This document shows positions 60,701-64,000 of a stretch of 64,000 nt of DNA, piece after piece (position 1 is the stretch's first letter; each line of letters opens with the position of its first letter). The stretch spans positions 2,675,757 through 2,739,756 of the forward strand of contig MU054187.1 in NCBI GenBank assembly GCA_013239625.1, in the 5' to 3' direction. A program made the position numbers and the translations under genes. The stretch is from Lama guanicoe (taxonomy: Eukaryota). The notes beneath the pieces are model-generated. The model was not told the origin of the DNA, searched no databases, and saw only the letters and a list, made by a program, of their open reading frames with translations.

Positions 60701-63700
60701 AAGAGGTTTTTAGTTTTTGTTGTCTTAAGTTTTCTATTTTCTTATCATTCTTTCCTTCCAAGGTCCCCTCCGTCGAAGTTTAAATGTCTCCTTACTGTGT
60801 CACACACATCAGGTATTTGATTGATTTTATCTTTTTCTCAGAGATAACCCTCCTAGGATTCTCTGCTTCTGCTCATCTAGATTTCCTGTGCTCTCGGCCT
60901 GCTCTGGGGCTCCCGTCCAGGGACCTCTCTGCACTGTCATGCTGGGGACCAGCGGCTGGAACATCGGAGAAAGGCACAGGGACCTTCTCCCATGTTCTGC
61001 CCCTGGTTCCGCACTGGTTTTCCCTCTTCATTTGTGCTGTTGTTTTGGGGGAACACGCTTCAGTGGCTTCCTGAGAAGGGGCATATTATTCCTGGTCATT
61101 CCATGAAATTCTTTAGAGTTTCTGAAATACCTGTAATTTTTTTATCTGTTCCTATTAACTTGAACATTCATTGTAATGTGCCTTAGTGTGTGAGCTTTTT
61201 TCTTTTACTGTCCTGGGAACTTGGTAAGCCCGTTCGGTTTGGAAATTCATTTTGTTCAGAGATAGGGAAACCTCTATGATTATTTATAGGATAAAACTGT
61301 CACTTTAATTTTATTTTTTATGTCTTTATGGAGAAAATTTTAATCAGATGTTAGAGCTCTTGAACTTATCCTCTGTTTTTTTTCTGCATTTCTTGTCCTT
61401 TCTTATTTTCCATCATTCTATTTATATATATATATACAAATATAGTTACACTTTTACAACTATATATTTCTATTTATATAACGTGTGTGTGTATGTGTGC
61501 ATACACAAATGGGATGATGGAAAAATGATCACTTTCATTCTCACTTAAATCTAAATATTTAATCATTTTTCTTATGATTTCTCCTTTGATCCATGAATTA
61601 TTTAGAAGTGTGCTTTGTAGTTTCTAAAGTAAATTATGTGTGTTGGGGGGGCACTGGTGATCTTTTTGTAATTGATTTTCAATATTACTGCATTTTGATC
61701 TGATAATGTGGTTTGTATATAATTTAAAAATATATATTGACTTTCTTTTTGATGTAATGTGTATTTATGTCTATGTTTCCTAATATCCCATGAATGCTCG
61801 AAACAGAGAAATATTTTCTATTTGTTGGGTGCAGTATTTCACATGCACTTCCCTTAGATCAAGCCTGTGAAGGGGAAAAACACTTTCCTAATATGTTTTC
61901 ATGTTGATCTGCCAGTTTCCAGGAGACTTGTGTTCAGTGGCCCTCGAACAGCCCCCATGTAGACAGCCTTCAGTCCAACACTGCCTCCACCCTCCACGCG
62001 GGAAAGGCCCCGGAGAGATTTCTGTCTGCACAGTTTTGCCGGACTGTCGTGTATATGGATCTTACAGTGTGAAGTCTTTTGGGTCCGGCTTCTTTCATCT
62101 AGAAAAGATTCATTTAAGGTTTATCTCTGCTGTTGTGTGAGTCAGCAGTTCGTCTTTGTGCTGCTGAGTGGCGTTCTGTTGTGTGCACGCACCGCACTTG
62201 GTTTACCCAGCCACCTGCGGAAGCACGTCTGGGTTGTTTCCAGTTTGGGGACAGAAACAAAGCGGTTACAACCTTGAGGTTTTTAGGTGAATCCAGGGCG
62301 TCAGTTCACTTGGATTAAATACCTCGGAGTGGGATTTCTGGGTCACATGCTAAGCATATATTTAACTCTGCAGGAAACTGTTCAGCTCTTCCAAACTGGC
62401 TGTGCCATTTGCATCCTCACTCATGAGACCCCGCAGTGAATGCGGGTTCCAGTCGCTCTCCATCAGCCCCGGTCTGGGCGTGGTCAGCTCTTACGTGTTA
62501 GCCATTCTGGGTATGCAGTGGCCTCTCTCTGTGGCTTCAACTTTCTTGATGACTGTTCAGGCAGAGCGTCATTTCACATGCTTATTTGCCATCTGTATAT
62601 TTTCTTCGGAGAAGTGCCTTTTCACCTATTTCGCTCATTTTTAAAGGGGGGTTGTTTCTTACTATTGAGCTTTAAGTGTTCTTTATATATTCTATCTAGA
62701 TACGAGTCCTTTATGTAAATATTTTTCTCCAAGTCTGTGGCTTGACTTCTCATTCCCTTAACAGTGTCTTTTACAGAGAAAAAGTTTCAAATTTTTTATG
62801 AGTCCAATTTATCAAATTTTCTGTTATGGCTCATGCTTTTCGTATCATGTCTAAAACTTATCACCACATCCAAGGTCACACGGGTTTTCTCCTCTCTTTC
62901 TTCTAGAACTTTTGAAGGTTTAGAGTTAGAACTAGGTCAGCGGTTTATTCTGAGGTAACTTTTGCGCGTGGCATGAGGCGTGTATCAAGGCTCTTTTCCC
63001 TTTTCCTTTTTTCACATGGGTACTCAGTTGTTTCAGAAACATTTGTTGAAAAGATAAAACTTTCTTCACTGACTCGCCTTTGTACTTGTGCCAGAAATGA
63101 ACTATGTTTGTGTGGATCTATTTCAGGACTCTTTATTCTGTTCCATTGTTAAATGCACATACTCTTTTACCAATATCATACTGTCTGGATAACTGTAGCT
63201 TTAATCATGAAATGTGAAGTCAGGTAGAATGAGTCCTCTAATTCTTTTTTTTTTTGTTCAGAGTTGTTTTGGCTTTCCTTTTTCCTTTGCCTTTCCATAT
63301 AAATTTTAAAATTAACCTGTCTATATTTACAAGAAAGGCTTGATGGAATTTTGATTTGGGTTGCACCAAATCTATTTATCAATTGACAAGATGAATATCT
63401 TTAAATATTGAGCCTTTCAATACATGAGCATAGTAGATCTCTTTATATAAATTTTCTTTGATTTCTTTCATTAGTGTTTGTAATTTTTAACATACAGACT
63501 CTTAGATTTATCTCTAAGTATTTCATTTTCAGTGCTATTGTAAATGGTATTTTTTTTTGGAATTTCAAATTCCAATTGTTTATAGTGTATAGGAAGATAA
63601 TTGACATTTACATATTGGCCAGGTGTCCTGTGACCTTATTAAATTCAACTTTTAGTTCTAAGAGATGTTTTTGTAGATTGTTTGGGATTTTCTTCATAGA

Positions 63701-64000
63701 CAGTCATGTCATCTGAGAATAGAGGCAGTTTTATATCTTTCTTTTCTATTTGTCTGCCTTTTCTTTTTCTTATGGAAAGGCTGGAACTTCCCACAGAAGT
63801 TCTAGTGTTTGAACGAGACATTGATCCTGAACAGAGTGAGAGAAGATATCCTGTCTCTGTTCCCATCTTAGGGGGAAAGCACTCAGTTTTTCACCGTTGA
63901 GGTTAGTTGTAGGTTCTATGTAGCTGTGTAAATGCTTTTCATAAGATGAAGGAAGTGCCTCTCTATTTCTAGTTTGTTGAGGGTTTTTATCATGAAGAGA
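57800..64000 (-). mobile_element. Cluster of mostly antisense old LINE-1 fragments running off the window end
   Basis: T-rich strand with L1 text. Minus translations include IEKKDIKLPLFSDDMTVYEENPK (RT FADD-motif region, ~63645-63760) and IKATVIQTV. A young L1 tail lies at ~58598-58797. Confidence 0.75.

Noticed and set aside
1..64000. CRISPR arrays, operons or other prokaryotic systems
   Set aside because: The DNA is clearly mammalian (spliced SOX17, LINE/SINE content) and I saw no regularly spaced repeat-spacer array.

Overview
Mammalian genomic DNA, most likely a camelid, judged from tRNA-Ala-derived Vic-1-like SINEs. The only intact protein-coding gene is SOX17 (+ strand; CDS 741-1047 joined to 1653-2566; 406 aa), inside a CpG island. 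About 10 kb downstream, in the same orientation, is a degenerate unprocessed copy of SOX17: a core promoter plus exon-1 relic at ~10546-11030 and an exon-2 relic at ~12590-13040. The copy mixes near-identical blocks (52/55 nt over the core promoter, 58/59 nt in exon 2) with a badly degraded HMG box, no exon-1 ATG codons and microhomology-flanked deletions. The rest of the window is intergenic and rich in repeats: nested LINE-1s, MaLR/ERV LTRs, Tigger and hAT MITEs, MIR/L2 relics and SINEs. Other notable items are an L1 fragment converted into a CpG island by almost purely AT-to-GC substitutions (~22440-23045), an internal L1 insertion with no TSD (~30430-30883), an apparently inverted L1 3' end (~45365-46074), an old local ~160-200 bp duplication with FOX motifs (4763-4922 / 6203-6404) and an orphan CpG island (~56950-57300). 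Repeat family names and boundaries were assigned by eye and are approximate.
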